A DNA stretch of 64,000 nucleotides from Bacillota bacterium. Lineage in GTDB: Bacteria > Bacillota > SHA-98 > Ch115 > JABLXJ01. Positions within the stretch are counted from its first letter, which is position 1. The number at the start of each line of letters is the position of its first letter. Positions 9,601 to 19,294 of this stretch are shown piece by piece. The position numbers were made by a program, and so were the translations under genes. A model generated the notes under the pieces. That model had not been told where the DNA came from and did not search any database. It was given only the letters and a program-made list of their open reading frames with translations. Location of the stretch: NCBI GenBank assembly GCA_013178125.1, contig JABLXJ010000006.1:156631-220630 (forward strand). The letters are read 5' to 3'.

Positions 9601-10869
9601 CTATAAGCACTTATCCAGCGCCGCCACAATCTCGTCCCTCACCCGCGCATCACCCTCTCTCCGATAACGCTCCTCGAGAGACCTCCTGCCCCTGGCCCCG
9701 CCAATGACCCCCAGCGACCAGGCAGCATGCCCCCGGATTACAGGCCTCGGATCATCCAGGCAGGCCTCCAAAACCGGGATCGCCAGGTCCACGGCGTGAT
9801 CGTCCATCAAGTTCCCCAGGGCGATTACGGCGTTGCGCTGCAGGATCGTCCTCCCTCTCCAGCCTGCTGCCGTAAGGCCATATGCCTCCTTGAATCTGGA
9901 GTTAGACACGGCTAAAACATCCAGGAGATCAGGGGCCACATCATCCCAACTCCGGGGCCGGAAGGCTGCAAGCCCGGCGGGGGCAACCCTCTTATTCCTC
10001 GGACAGACCTCCTGGCACGTATCGCACCCGTAAAGGCGGAACCCCATCTTCGGACGCATATCACGCGGTACAAAACCCCGCATCTGCGTGATATATGAAA
10101 GACATATGTTTGCATTGGTAACATAGGGACTGCGCGGGTCCAGGGCGCCCGTGGGACATGCCCTGAGACATATGTCGCACTCGCCACACCCATAACCGCC
10201 GTGCTCGTCGCGCCCACCTGTCGCTGGCACGGGAGAGCCGGGCCCGGTCGAGGGGGTATCAGGCTCGAGCTCCAGGTCCGTCAGGATCTCGCCAAGGAAA
10301 ACCCAGGAACCGTACCTTTGCGTGAATATGCTGCAGTTCTTTCCATACCAGCCCGTTCCCGCCCGCTGGGCTATAGCCCTATCTACCAGGGGGCCTGTAT
10401 CAACAAAACTTGCGAGCCGCACGGCCCGTGGAGCATTCTGGGCGAGGAAATCGCCGAGCCGCCGGAGGATATCCCTCACAACAACGTGATAATCTTTGCC
10501 CCACGCAGACATAGATATCCGCCCCTTCAGCTTCCCGCGCAGCTCCTCCCCGCCGCGACCAGGCTCCTTCTTACCCGGATCAGGCTCCTGCTCCTGCTTA
10601 GATGGGATCGCACCCAGAGGCGTGGCATATGGCACGGCAACGGCGATAATCGATCGCGTCCCGGGCATGACCCTACCTGGATCGCACCTCAGCTCTATAT
10701 CCTGTTCCTCGAATGGGGATCGATGGCCATCCCTCTCCCGTTCTCTCAATACCCTCTCCAGGTGCATGAAGGGCGAAGCGTCGGCAACCCCCACGATCTC
10801 AACGCCTATCGATCTCGCGAATTCCTTCAGCTTGTCCTTTAAAGGTATATAATTGAGGGCCAACTTCAC
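9601..10869 (-). CDS. queG: tRNA epoxyqueuosine reductase
   Basis: GKDYH, FVDTGPLVDRAIAQRAG, GSWVFLGEI, CGECDICLRACPTGAL, YGCDTCQEVCPRN, C-terminal HEAT repeat. Confidence 0.93.
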   Translation of the reverse strand: MKLALNYIPLKDKLKEFARSIGVEIVGVADASPFMHLERVLRERERDGHRSPFEEQDIELRCDPGRVMPGTRSIIAVAVPYATPLGAIPSKQEQEPDPGKKEPGRGGEELRGKLKGRISMSAWGKDYHVVVRDILRRLGDFLAQNAPRAVRLASFVDTGPLVDRAIAQRAGTGWYGKNCSIFTQRYGSWVFLGEILTDLELEPDTPSTGPGSPVPATGGRDEHGGYGCGECDICLRACPTGALDPRSPYVTNANICLSYITQMRGFVPRDMRPKMGFRLYGCDTCQEVCPRNKRVAPAGLAAFRPRSWDDVAPDLLDVLAVSNSRFKEAYGLTAAGWRGRTILQRNAVIALGNLMDDHAVDLAIPVLEACLDDPRPVIRGHAAWSLGVIGGARGRRSLEERYRREGDARVRDEIVAALDKCL

Positions 10870-10987
10870 GATTACCCTTCCCTCTCTTTCCCGTTCCCAG
10901 TTCCAATGCCGGCATCAAACCGCCGGACCGGGTCGAGCTTATTACTTCGCGATCATGCCATTTCAACGAGCGAGAGCGCCATCTCAA

Positions 10988-11016
10988 ATGGTAACCCTCT
11001 TATCCAGGGGCGTCAA
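10988..11016 (-). promoter_or_regulatory. Sigma-A-type promoter upstream of queG
   Basis: Minus strand TTGACG-N17-TACCAT. Confidence 0.55.
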
Positions 11017-11245
11017 CCCAGAAGGCGTCAACATGTAATAATTAGCCTTAGAAGGAATCGGGGGCCTGGATGTAGAAGAAATTTATGGCCGCATATTTAA
11101 CAGGCTCTGCGAATTTCTATTATGTGCAGCTCTACATTGATAACCTTAAATTGTTTGAAGGTCCTCTGCGGAATTGGTCGTTCTAGTTGGCGCCCGGGTT
11201 ACATATTTTTAGGACATGGCCAAGTTTTAGAAAGGGGGAGGAACC

Positions 11246-11317
11246 GTGCTGGAGTTGATTGGTCTCGTGGTCGTTGTATGGTTTATCATCCACCTGCTCG
11301 AGAAGAATATAAAATAA
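11246..11317 (+). CDS. Putative 23-aa single-TM small protein MLELIGLVVVVWFIIHLLEKNIK
   Basis: Strong RBS AAAGGGGGAGG just upstream of GTG, hydrophobic core with charged tail, intrinsic terminator downstream. Confidence 0.6.
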   Translation: MLELIGLVVVVWFIIHLLEKNIK

Positions 11318-11369
11318 GGCGCAAACCGCAACCAGTCCGGACCGGAGAGGGACCGGACATTTGCTCACG

Positions 11370-11394
11370 AGGGAGGCATTAAGCCTCCCTTTTT
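11370..11394 (+). terminator. Intrinsic terminator
   Basis: AGGGAGGC-attaa-GCCTCCCT followed by TTTT. Confidence 0.75.
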
Positions 11395-11737
11395 CGCCTT
11401 GCCGTTGCTCCCTCGCAGCGTGACCGGGGACGGCGCCGCCCTGGCGCGGCGCAAAGTAAACTGCAGCTGGAGGGATTTTCGGGGACAATCAAGAGGATTT
11501 CCATAGATGGATAGCGAATGATTTAGCGTAACATAGCCTGCATAGGAAACACTCGGGAGTAGTCCGCAGAGTATCCATAGGGAGTAACCCGGGGAAGCGA
11601 TAGAAGAGATAAAGGGAATCGTAGATAAAAAAAGAAACCATAGATTAGGTATAGAATAGGATAGATAGATCATGAATGGCCTGGGCGACCTGTCCTTGAA
11701 TACACCTCAAAGGTCAGAGGATGAGGGGGAGCGATGA

Positions 11738-12589
11738 GTGAAACCGATTCGCATAGTGACCGATAGCACCGCCTATCTACCCAAGGGCTGGCTGGAAGAC
11801 CATGGAGTGGCGGTTGTTCCCTTGCTGGTAAATATGAATTCCTCAACATACAGGGAGGGCTTCGATATCTCGAATAGCGAGTTTTACGCCAGGCTCAGGC
11901 AAGCCAAGGAGCCTCCCACGACATCCCAGCCGTCCGCCGGCGAATTCCTGGAGACATATAAGCATCTCATCGACGCCGGCGCGCAGACGATCATCTCGAT
12001 CCACATATCCGGCGGTATCAGCGGCACCGTCAATTCAGCCCAGGGTGCCGCTGGGATGCTCAGGGATGCCGATATCACCGTGATCGACTCGAGATCCACC
12101 GGCCCCGCCCTCGGCTTCATTGTCCAGGAAGCCGTGGCGCTCGTCGAGGCTGGCGCAGGCAAGGATGCCATCATGAAGCGGCTGGATTACCTCATCGACC
12201 ATATGCGCACGCTTTTCGTCGTAACGGACCTGATGTATCTCCACAAGGGCGGGCGCCTATCCGGCGCGCAGGCCATAATAGGGTCGATCCTGCAGATCAA
12301 ACCCGTCCTCCACTTCACCGGCGGGCGCATCGAGGTCCTGGAAAAGGTCAGGACCGAACGCCGCGCGCTCGAAAGGATAACAGATTTGATGCAGGCCGAG
12401 GGCGCCGGGGGCAGGCTCCCGACGCGACTTACTATCGCATACGCAGATAACCGGGATAAGGCAGATGGGGTCAGAAGAAGCCTTTTGGAACGGTTCCCCG
12501 GCCTCCAGGTCGAGAACGTTGAAATCGGCCCGGTCATTGCAACCCATGTGGGCCCGGGGCTCATTGGATTCCAGTTTTACTACGGCTAA
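11738..12589 (+). CDS. DegV/FakB family fatty-acid-binding protein
   Basis: IRIVTDSTAYLP, TTSQPS, ISGGISGT, IDSRS, YLHKGGR, IATHVGPG. Confidence 0.93.
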   Translation: MKPIRIVTDSTAYLPKGWLEDHGVAVVPLLVNMNSSTYREGFDISNSEFYARLRQAKEPPTTSQPSAGEFLETYKHLIDAGAQTIISIHISGGISGTVNSAQGAAGMLRDADITVIDSRSTGPALGFIVQEAVALVEAGAGKDAIMKRLDYLIDHMRTLFVVTDLMYLHKGGRLSGAQAIIGSILQIKPVLHFTGGRIEVLEKVRTERRALERITDLMQAEGAGGRLPTRLTIAYADNRDKADGVRRSLLERFPGLQVENVEIGPVIATHVGPGLIGFQFYYG

Positions 12590-12609
12590 GCTAAGTGTAA
12601 ACTCGAAGA

Positions 12610-12757
12610 TTACCGCCACTTTTCCAGGAGTTACGGTGCTTGCGCGACGGGGCCTTTGAAATTTGGCAAGGCCCTCGCGCCAAATTTCAACGGAGGCGCG
12701 CCGCAAGCGCGCCGTCCCCGGAGCGCAACACCGTAAGTCCTGGGACGTGCTGGTAAA
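12610..12757. repeat. Branched palindromic element (REP/MITE-like or structured RNA) between convergent degV and rodA
   Basis: Outer IR CCAGGAGTTACGGTGCTTGCGC / GCGCAACACCGTAAGTCCTGG enclosing a perfect 12-bp hairpin TTGAAATTTGGC..GCCAAATTTCAA and hairpin GGCGCGC-cgcaa-GCGCGCC. Confidence 0.7.
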
Positions 12758-12783
12758 ACTGGCATAAATTAAGGAACCTGCAC

Positions 12784-13899
12784 TTAGAATAGGATCTTCT
12801 GCCTCCTCATATAGACATTCAAAACGATGCCGATTGCAATGAGATCGGCGAGCATGGCGCTACCCCCATAGCTCAAAAAGGGAAGCGGTATCCCCGTCAC
12901 CGGCATGACGCTCATCGTCATGCCGATGTTTATCAACACGTGGAACAGCAACATCGAAGCCACCCCGGCGGCGAGCAGGGAGCCATACTTGTCCTTTGCT
13001 TGCCAGGAGGCCTGTAAGCAGCGCCAGATGATGAAGAGGTAAACCAGGAGAACGATGACTGCCCCGATGAATCCCAGTTCCTCGCCGACGACCGAAAAAA
13101 TAAAGTCCGTATGGTGGGCGGGAAGAAAATTGAGCTTGGCCTGCGTGCCCCCGAAGAGCCCCTTGCCGAAGAGCCGGCCTGAGCCAATCGCGATGGTCGA
13201 CTGGATGACATTATATCCATCCCCCATCGGGTCCCGGTATGGGTTGAGGAAGATCAATAGCCTGGCCCGCTGGTAGGGTTTTAAGAGGAAGAAGTATATA
13301 AAAGGTGAGAGAGCGCCTGTCCCTGCGGCTATCACAGCCAGGTCCCGCGTCCTGGCGCCGGCTATGTAGACCATGCCCAGGACGATGGCCGCAAACACCA
13401 GGACGGTCCCGAGATCGTTCTGCAATAGGATCAATGCCATGGGGATGCCCGCGTGGATGAAGGGGGGAATCAACCCTAGAAACGTATCGATATCATCCCT
13501 TTTCGCCAGGTGATCCGCCAGGGTTATTATCACGGCCACCTTGGCAAGCTCCGATGGTTGCAGAGCCAACGGCCCCAGCCTGAACCAGCTCTGGGCGCCC
13601 GAGACCCTTTGCCCTGCAATGAGGACGGCAGCCAGCAGCGCAATATTCCCGAGGTAGATTGGATTCCTTATGCGCTCGAGAAGCCGGTAATCGGTGCTGA
13701 GCATAAAGAGGACAGCCAGCACCCCCAGCACTGCCGCGAGCGCCTGCCTCTTCACAAAATAGAAGGGGTCTCCGAGGTTTTCGCCCCTGTTAGCACAGGT
13801 CGCGCTGTATATTATGATGATGCCGAAAACCACCAACGCGAGCGTGGCACATAATAGCCCATAATCGATGTTCTTTGCAAGACGCCTGTCAATTAGCAT
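12784..13899 (-). CDS. rodA: Rod shape-determining SEDS protein
   Basis: LQPSELAK, LPAHHTDFIFSVVGEELGF, PVTGIPLPFLSYGGS; follows mreBCD-mrdA-minCDE. Confidence 0.92.
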   Translation of the reverse strand: MLIDRRLAKNIDYGLLCATLALVVFGIIIIYSATCANRGENLGDPFYFVKRQALAAVLGVLAVLFMLSTDYRLLERIRNPIYLGNIALLAAVLIAGQRVSGAQSWFRLGPLALQPSELAKVAVIITLADHLAKRDDIDTFLGLIPPFIHAGIPMALILLQNDLGTVLVFAAIVLGMVYIAGARTRDLAVIAAGTGALSPFIYFFLLKPYQRARLLIFLNPYRDPMGDGYNVIQSTIAIGSGRLFGKGLFGGTQAKLNFLPAHHTDFIFSVVGEELGFIGAVIVLLVYLFIIWRCLQASWQAKDKYGSLLAAGVASMLLFHVLINIGMTMSVMPVTGIPLPFLSYGGSAMLADLIAIGIVLNVYMRRQKILF

Positions 13900-13976
13900 A
13901 CCTTCGCGCCCCTGCAGCCTTTCGCCCGGGGGCGGCCTCCCGGATTAATAATTACCAGCCAGTCGCCTGGTAGCGT

Positions 13977-14264
13977 TCACCGCTCCCCGGCCGTCCTTTT
14001 CACGCAGATGACCGGGATGCTTGCAACCAAAGCCACCGAATCCCTGGACGAGTCCAGCTGGACGCTCGTTCCGGCCTCATCGATATCCATATATTTCGAG
14101 ATCACCTCTATGAGGTCCGACTTTAGGCTCTCGAAAACCTGGGGCGAGACGTCAGCCCTATCGTGGATCAACACAAGCCGGAGCCTTTCCCTTGCAAGAT
14201 CCTTACTGTGTATTTCCTCCTCTTTGGTGAAAAGACGACGCAGCAACTCAAACACCGAGAACAC
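13977..14264 (-). CDS. minE: Cell division topological specificity factor
   Basis: SKDLARERLRLVLIHDR, LIEVISKY, ALVASIPV; start placed at GTG after GGAGG. Confidence 0.9.
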   Translation of the reverse strand: MFSVFELLRRLFTKEEEIHSKDLARERLRLVLIHDRADVSPQVFESLKSDLIEVISKYMDIDEAGTSVQLDSSRDSVALVASIPVICVKRTAGER

Positions 14265-14336
14265 CGAGACTCCTCCTTCCGGGACTTGTAGCGCCCCCGT
14301 AACCACCTGTAGCCATCTCATCCCGGGGTTGCCTGA

Positions 14337-15137
14337 TTACCTGGCCAGGCCTATAAGGCGTTTTATACGAGAAATGAAGCCGTTGCTGGGCTCGAGCGGC
14401 ATGAAGGGAACCTCCTCGCCTTCCAGCCGCCTTGTTATATTGCGGAAAGCCTGGCCCGCCCTCGACGCGTCATCCAGGACGGCTGGCTCACCCCTATTGG
14501 TTGACACAACAATGCTTTCATCCTCCGGCACGATCCCCAAGAGCTCTATAGACAGGATATCCAGTACATCCCTGATGTCCAGCATATCACCCCGCCTGAC
14601 CATATCTATCTTTACCTTATTCACAATGAGCCTGGGGTCAGGCAGGCCTGACGCTTCGAGCAGGCCCACTATCCTATCCGCATCGCGAACCGCTGATACA
14701 TCCGGAGTCGTGACTATAATAGCCTTGTCAGCACCGGCGATCGCATTCTTGAAACCCCGTTCAATCCCTGCCGGGCAGTCGATCAATATATAATCAAAGT
14801 CCTTCTTCAACTCACTTAAGAGGGCCTTCATCTGGTCAGGGGTGACTGCATCCTTATCGCGGGATTGCGCCGCTGGCAGAAGAAAAAGATTATCAAATCG
14901 TTTATCGCGTATGAGCGCCTGCCTGGCCTTACATTTACCCTCCGTCACGTTGACTATATCATAGACAATCCTGTTTTCCAGCCCCATCACTATATCGAGG
15001 TTTCGCAGGCCTATATCCGCGTCGACCATGACCACCTGTTTGTCCAGCCTCGCCAGCCCCATCCCGAGATTCGCGACGGTCGTGGTCTTACCCACACCAC
15101 CTTTACCTGAAGTGATGACAAGTGCTTGCCCTTCCAT
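14337..15137 (-). CDS. minD: Septum site-determining ATPase
   Basis: TSGKGGVGKTT, DADIGLRNLD, IDCPAGIE, C-terminal amphipathic helix. Confidence 0.96.
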   Translation of the reverse strand: MEGQALVITSGKGGVGKTTTVANLGMGLARLDKQVVMVDADIGLRNLDIVMGLENRIVYDIVNVTEGKCKARQALIRDKRFDNLFLLPAAQSRDKDAVTPDQMKALLSELKKDFDYILIDCPAGIERGFKNAIAGADKAIIVTTPDVSAVRDADRIVGLLEASGLPDPRLIVNKVKIDMVRRGDMLDIRDVLDILSIELLGIVPEDESIVVSTNRGEPAVLDDASRAGQAFRNITRRLEGEEVPFMPLEPSNGFISRIKRLIGLAR

Positions 15138-15182
15138 CCCATTACCTCCTCGCAACCTGCAGCTCCCGACCTGCAGCCCGGA

Positions 15183-15881
15183 CTAGAATTCCACCCTGCC
15201 GCCCGGCGTGAGATATGACTCTATGACGATCATACCATCGCGAATTCGCGCAACCTCGGGTACATTGGGGCCCTTGGCCCTTTCATCGGGGGCCCGGGCA
15301 ATTACATTCGCAACCCGGAGCTGGGTGGGGAGAAGCCTCAAAGCTACAACTATGGCGTCCTCGTTGCCCATCACCCCTGCATGAGCCACACCCCTCAGAG
15401 TCCCCATCACGATAATGTCACCGCCGGCGATAACCTCGGCGCCGGGGTTTACGTCCCCGAGCACTACAACATTACCGGAGTGGTTTATCCCCTGGCCCGA
15501 ACGCAGGGTCCTCTTGACGAGCAAGGTGTTCCCCGTAGCGATGTCAGAAGGGTCCTCAGCCCCATATGGCTGAGACTGCGACGGGGGCTGCGGCGGCATA
15601 GTGACATCTGCACCGCCAACGAGCCTGACCCCAAATGGCCCCACGATCTTGAGCACAGTGAGCCCGCGCCCCTCAATAATATCTATGAGCTCGGAGATCA
15701 TCTTCTCGCTTGCCCAGCGATCGCCCAGGTCAATAATGACGCGACCCCCAGCAAAAAAACGGCCTCTCCCGGCAAGCTTCTCGTTCAGGCGCCGCTTTAT
15801 TTCTTCAAACTCGCGCTCTTTGGGAATGACGATAAGCATTCCATCCCTGGTTCCCCTGAAAACTACATCGCCAACCCTCAT
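15183..15881 (-). CDS. minC: Septum site-determining protein
   Basis: RTLRSGQ, GDVNPGAEVIAGGDIIVMGTLRGVAHAG. Confidence 0.93.
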   Translation of the reverse strand: MRVGDVVFRGTRDGMLIVIPKEREFEEIKRRLNEKLAGRGRFFAGGRVIIDLGDRWASEKMISELIDIIEGRGLTVLKIVGPFGVRLVGGADVTMPPQPPSQSQPYGAEDPSDIATGNTLLVKRTLRSGQGINHSGNVVVLGDVNPGAEVIAGGDIIVMGTLRGVAHAGVMGNEDAIVVALRLLPTQLRVANVIARAPDERAKGPNVPEVARIRDGMIVIESYLTPGGRVEF

Positions 15882-16005
15882 AGTATATACCTCAGCTTCA
15901 CGTACCCCAGCTCTACATATGGTCAAATATGTATATTGAACTTCATGTTGAACTTCGTGAACTTCAAAAGTGGCCAAAAGCCATAGGAAGGCACTACGAT
16001 AGAGA

Positions 16006-17925
16006 TTAATTCACCACGCCCTGTCCGAATCCTTCATTCGTCCCAATTTTTTCGTCAATATTCGCCTTCTGGTTGCTTTTTTCTTCATCCCCGGCCCTGG
16101 ACTTGAAATAGGCATCAAGCACCTTTCGTGCCACAGGGGCGGCTGCCAGAGACCCTGAAGTCCCGTGTTCGACAAAGACGAGAACCACGATCTCCGGCTT
16201 GTCAACCGGTGCGAAGGCGGCAAACCAACCATGGCTGTCATGGGGCGGGTTTTCAGCAGTGCCCGTCTTGCCTGCCACCGGGATCGGAAAACCTCGAAAG
16301 GAGCCGGCGGCGGTTCCCTTCTCCACCACCGCTGTCAGCCCTTCCTTCATCACCGCAAGGGTCGAGTCCGATATATTTACATGGCCGGTAACCTCCGGCC
16401 CGAATGACTTTAATACCCTCCCCTCGGGCGATAGAATTTCCCGTACAACAAAGGGCTTGTAGAAGGTCCCCCCATTCGCAATGGCCACGTACACCTCCCC
16501 AAGCTGCAAGGGTGTCACGCTCAGCGCCCCCTGCCCGATGGCGACGTCAAGCGTTTCAATTGGGTACCATTTCCGATTAGACCCCTTGAAGTTTCGCCTC
16601 TTCCATTCCCGGTCCGGCACAAGGCCCACCCTCTCCCCCGGGGGCAATTGGATGCCTGTAGGGGCCCCGAGGCCAAAGCGCCTGGCCCAGGTCGACAGCG
16701 AATCAATCCCCACACGCCTCCCGAGTTCATAGAATACTATGTTGCATGAGTTCTGAATCCCCCCGACAAGGTTCAACCGCCCGTGCCCGCGATGCCTGCT
16801 CGACCAGATCCAGCATGCCTTCTTTGATATGGGGTCGCGCCCTGTGCATAAAAATTCGTCGTCGGGGGTGACCTTCTTATCCTCAAGGGCGGCAATGGCC
16901 GTGATGACTTTGAAGGTCGAGCCAGGGGGGTAGGTGGCGCTGATCACCCTGTTAGTCAGGGGGTTAAGCGGGTTATTTAGTTCCTTCCAGCGTTCGGGGG
17001 TAATACCGCCAACAAAGTAGTTGGGGTCATAGCCTGGCTTGCTCACCATGGCCAGGATTTCGCCGTTTCGCGGGTCAATCGCGATTACAGCCCCTGCACG
17101 CGCGTTCTTCGTCTTCTGGGATTTCGAGAGCAGCTCCAATTCCTCGCTCAGGGCGCGCTCCGCGGCCGCCTGAACCGTCCCGTCGATTGTCAGGACTATA
17201 TCATCGCCTGGCACCGGGTCCTTTGATCCCAGTACCCTTATGGGCCTTCCAAGGCTGTTGACCTCAACCTGTTCGCCACCATCCTCGCCATGCAGGAATT
17301 CTTCATACATCTTTTCAAGCCCGGTCTTGCCCACAATATCGCCAGGGCGGTACCCCCTGTCCTGGCGCCTCTTCAGCTCATCGAGGTCGATTTCGCCTAT
17401 ATACCCAAACAGGTGAGCGGCAAATTCCCCATTGATGTAGTTGCGGACGGGGATCTCCTCTATCATGACCCCGGGCAGGTCCAGGCGGTGCTCCTCGATC
17501 TCGATGACGGTGCGGGGGTCCACGTTGGTCTGTATCCTGACGGGCTCGAAAGGGCGGCGGCCTGGGGCCTTGATCTTATCGAGAATCACCTTCTCGTCGA
17601 TGCCAAGTATTTTGGCCAGCTTCCCTGCAACACTCCCGATCTCCGGCGTTACCTGGGGGATGATTGACACACTAAAGGCCATCCGGCTCCCAACGAGCAG
17701 GACCCCATTCCGGTCCAGGAACCTGCCGCGTGGCGCCATGACCCGTATCAGGCGCACCCTGTTCCCCTCGGCCAGTGTAGCATATGAGTCCCCCTTGATG
17801 ATCTGGAGCTGCCACAGCCTCACCGCAAGCAAGATAAATATAACTGCGATAACCACGCTAAAGGCCCTATATCTACTTTCAAGCTCCTTGGGGGCCAACG
17901 TTGAAGCCACCTCCGGGAAAGGCAA
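16006..17925 (-). CDS. mrdA: Penicillin-binding protein 2
   Basis: N-terminal TM, STFK (SxxK), SCN (SxN), KTGTAE motifs. Confidence 0.94.
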   Translation of the reverse strand: MPFPEVASTLAPKELESRYRAFSVVIAVIFILLAVRLWQLQIIKGDSYATLAEGNRVRLIRVMAPRGRFLDRNGVLLVGSRMAFSVSIIPQVTPEIGSVAGKLAKILGIDEKVILDKIKAPGRRPFEPVRIQTNVDPRTVIEIEEHRLDLPGVMIEEIPVRNYINGEFAAHLFGYIGEIDLDELKRRQDRGYRPGDIVGKTGLEKMYEEFLHGEDGGEQVEVNSLGRPIRVLGSKDPVPGDDIVLTIDGTVQAAAERALSEELELLSKSQKTKNARAGAVIAIDPRNGEILAMVSKPGYDPNYFVGGITPERWKELNNPLNPLTNRVISATYPPGSTFKVITAIAALEDKKVTPDDEFLCTGRDPISKKACWIWSSRHRGHGRLNLVGGIQNSCNIVFYELGRRVGIDSLSTWARRFGLGAPTGIQLPPGERVGLVPDREWKRRNFKGSNRKWYPIETLDVAIGQGALSVTPLQLGEVYVAIANGGTFYKPFVVREILSPEGRVLKSFGPEVTGHVNISDSTLAVMKEGLTAVVEKGTAAGSFRGFPIPVAGKTGTAENPPHDSHGWFAAFAPVDKPEIVVLVFVEHGTSGSLAAAPVARKVLDAYFKSRAGDEEKSNQKANIDEKIGTNEGFGQGVVN

Positions 17926-17958
17926 TGGGAACGCCCTGGAAGCTACCCAAATGCTACG

Positions 17959-18471
17959 TCAAATGCTACGGTATTTGGGAAGCCTCTCCTGCCCCAAATA
18001 CTGGTTCAGCCTGCACGCCAGTCTATACAGGACACCGGCAATTATCACGTCGACGACCGCCCGGGGAATGATTATATGTCTCAGGCTTGCCATGAAGTCA
18101 CCCAACAGGCCGAATGAACTGCCAACTCCAAAATATATGACCCCATCCACCAGGGCTCCGACAAAGACGAAAACCAGGGGCACAATAGGATTCCCCTTAA
18201 ACACCTTCTCCTCTATGGATCCAATTATATAGCCTACAATCATTTTTGAGAGGCCGGAAAGCCCCAGAGCGCGCCCCGTCACCGCATCCTCTAGGAGGCC
18301 ACCCGCCAGACCAACGAGAGCCCCCCATGTACGGCCGCGAAAAAACCCAGCCAGGGCGGCGGCTATCAGGGTAAGGCTGGGAGCCGCGCCAGAAAAGGGC
18401 AGGTACGGAAAAAATGCGGCCTCTAGCACCACGCACGCCGCAAGGATCAGGAAGATAAGCAAGGCCTTCAT
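17959..18471 (-). CDS. mreD: Rod shape-determining protein
   Basis: Hydrophobic 170-aa protein between mreC and mrdA, GLLED motif. Confidence 0.85.
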   Translation of the reverse strand: MKALLIFLILAACVVLEAAFFPYLPFSGAAPSLTLIAAALAGFFRGRTWGALVGLAGGLLEDAVTGRALGLSGLSKMIVGYIIGSIEEKVFKGNPIVPLVFVFVGALVDGVIYFGVGSSFGLLGDFMASLRHIIIPRAVVDVIIAGVLYRLACRLNQYLGQERLPKYRSI

Positions 18472-19289
18472 TTGCCTGTAATCACCAGAACCTCCTCGAG
18501 CTTGGCGAAATCAACAACAGGCTCAGCTATAGCCCTCTTGGATACCCGGTACTTCCCCTCGGAGATCGACCTAATTCTGCCGATCATTATCCCCTTGGGG
18601 AAGATGCCTCCATACCCGGAGGAAATGATGCTGTCCCCTGCCTTCATATCAACTTCGGACGTGAGCGCCTTCACGGACAGAAATCCCGGATCTATCGCCT
18701 GGCCTTCGACGAGCACCAGATCCCTCGATCTCGCAAGCACTCCCCCCACAGCGCTCTTGGGGTCCGTTATCAAGAGAACCGTCGCCGTGCTGTTGGTCGC
18801 CGAGATTATCCGGCCCACAAGGCCCTCAAAGGTGACCACGGGCATATTCCGCCTTATGCCATGCTTCCTCCCCTTGTTGATTATGAGGACCGAGAGCCAG
18901 TTCGCCGGATCACGGCCTATCACCCGGGCGGCCATCATCTTGTAAGGAGTCTGGGCCTCAAAATCGAGAAGCTTCCGCAGCCTTTCGTTCTCCCTCTGGT
19001 ACTCCTCGAGTTGGAGGATCTGAGCCTGCAGCTGAGCTACCTCCAGGCGGAGATGCTCGTTCTCGGCCCGGAGAGATCCAGAATGGAGCAACGCCCCTAT
19101 AGCATCCCTGCACCCCCGGGTGGACTCCGCGACAAACGAGATCATGGGTGCCAGCGCATCCCTCAGGACATACTCCACACCCGTCAGCCTGGCGCGATCA
19201 CGCGATGTTACAAAGATCAAGGAAATGAGAGCAAGGATAACAAAGATGCCCCCCAGGACCTTCCTATTCGTAAAGACCTCGCGCCTCAC
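18468..19289 (-). CDS. mreC: Rod shape-determining protein
   Basis: TM + coiled coil ENERLRKLL, GLVGRI, SGYGGIFPKGIMIG. Confidence 0.93.
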   Translation of the reverse strand: MRREVFTNRKVLGGIFVILALISLIFVTSRDRARLTGVEYVLRDALAPMISFVAESTRGCRDAIGALLHSGSLRAENEHLRLEVAQLQAQILQLEEYQRENERLRKLLDFEAQTPYKMMAARVIGRDPANWLSVLIINKGRKHGIRRNMPVVTFEGLVGRIISATNSTATVLLITDPKSAVGGVLARSRDLVLVEGQAIDPGFLSVKALTSEVDMKAGDSIISSGYGGIFPKGIMIGRIRSISEGKYRVSKRAIAEPVVDFAKLEEVLVITGK

Positions 19290-19294
19290 CGAAC

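Noticed and set aside
10870..11050. preQ1 or cobalamin riboswitch upstream of queG
   Set aside because: No recognisable aptamer consensus
11122..11673. ORFs 11122-11382, 11183-11488 and 11365-11673
   Set aside because: No recognisable domain or good RBS; they cross a terminator and low-complexity purine-rich DNA
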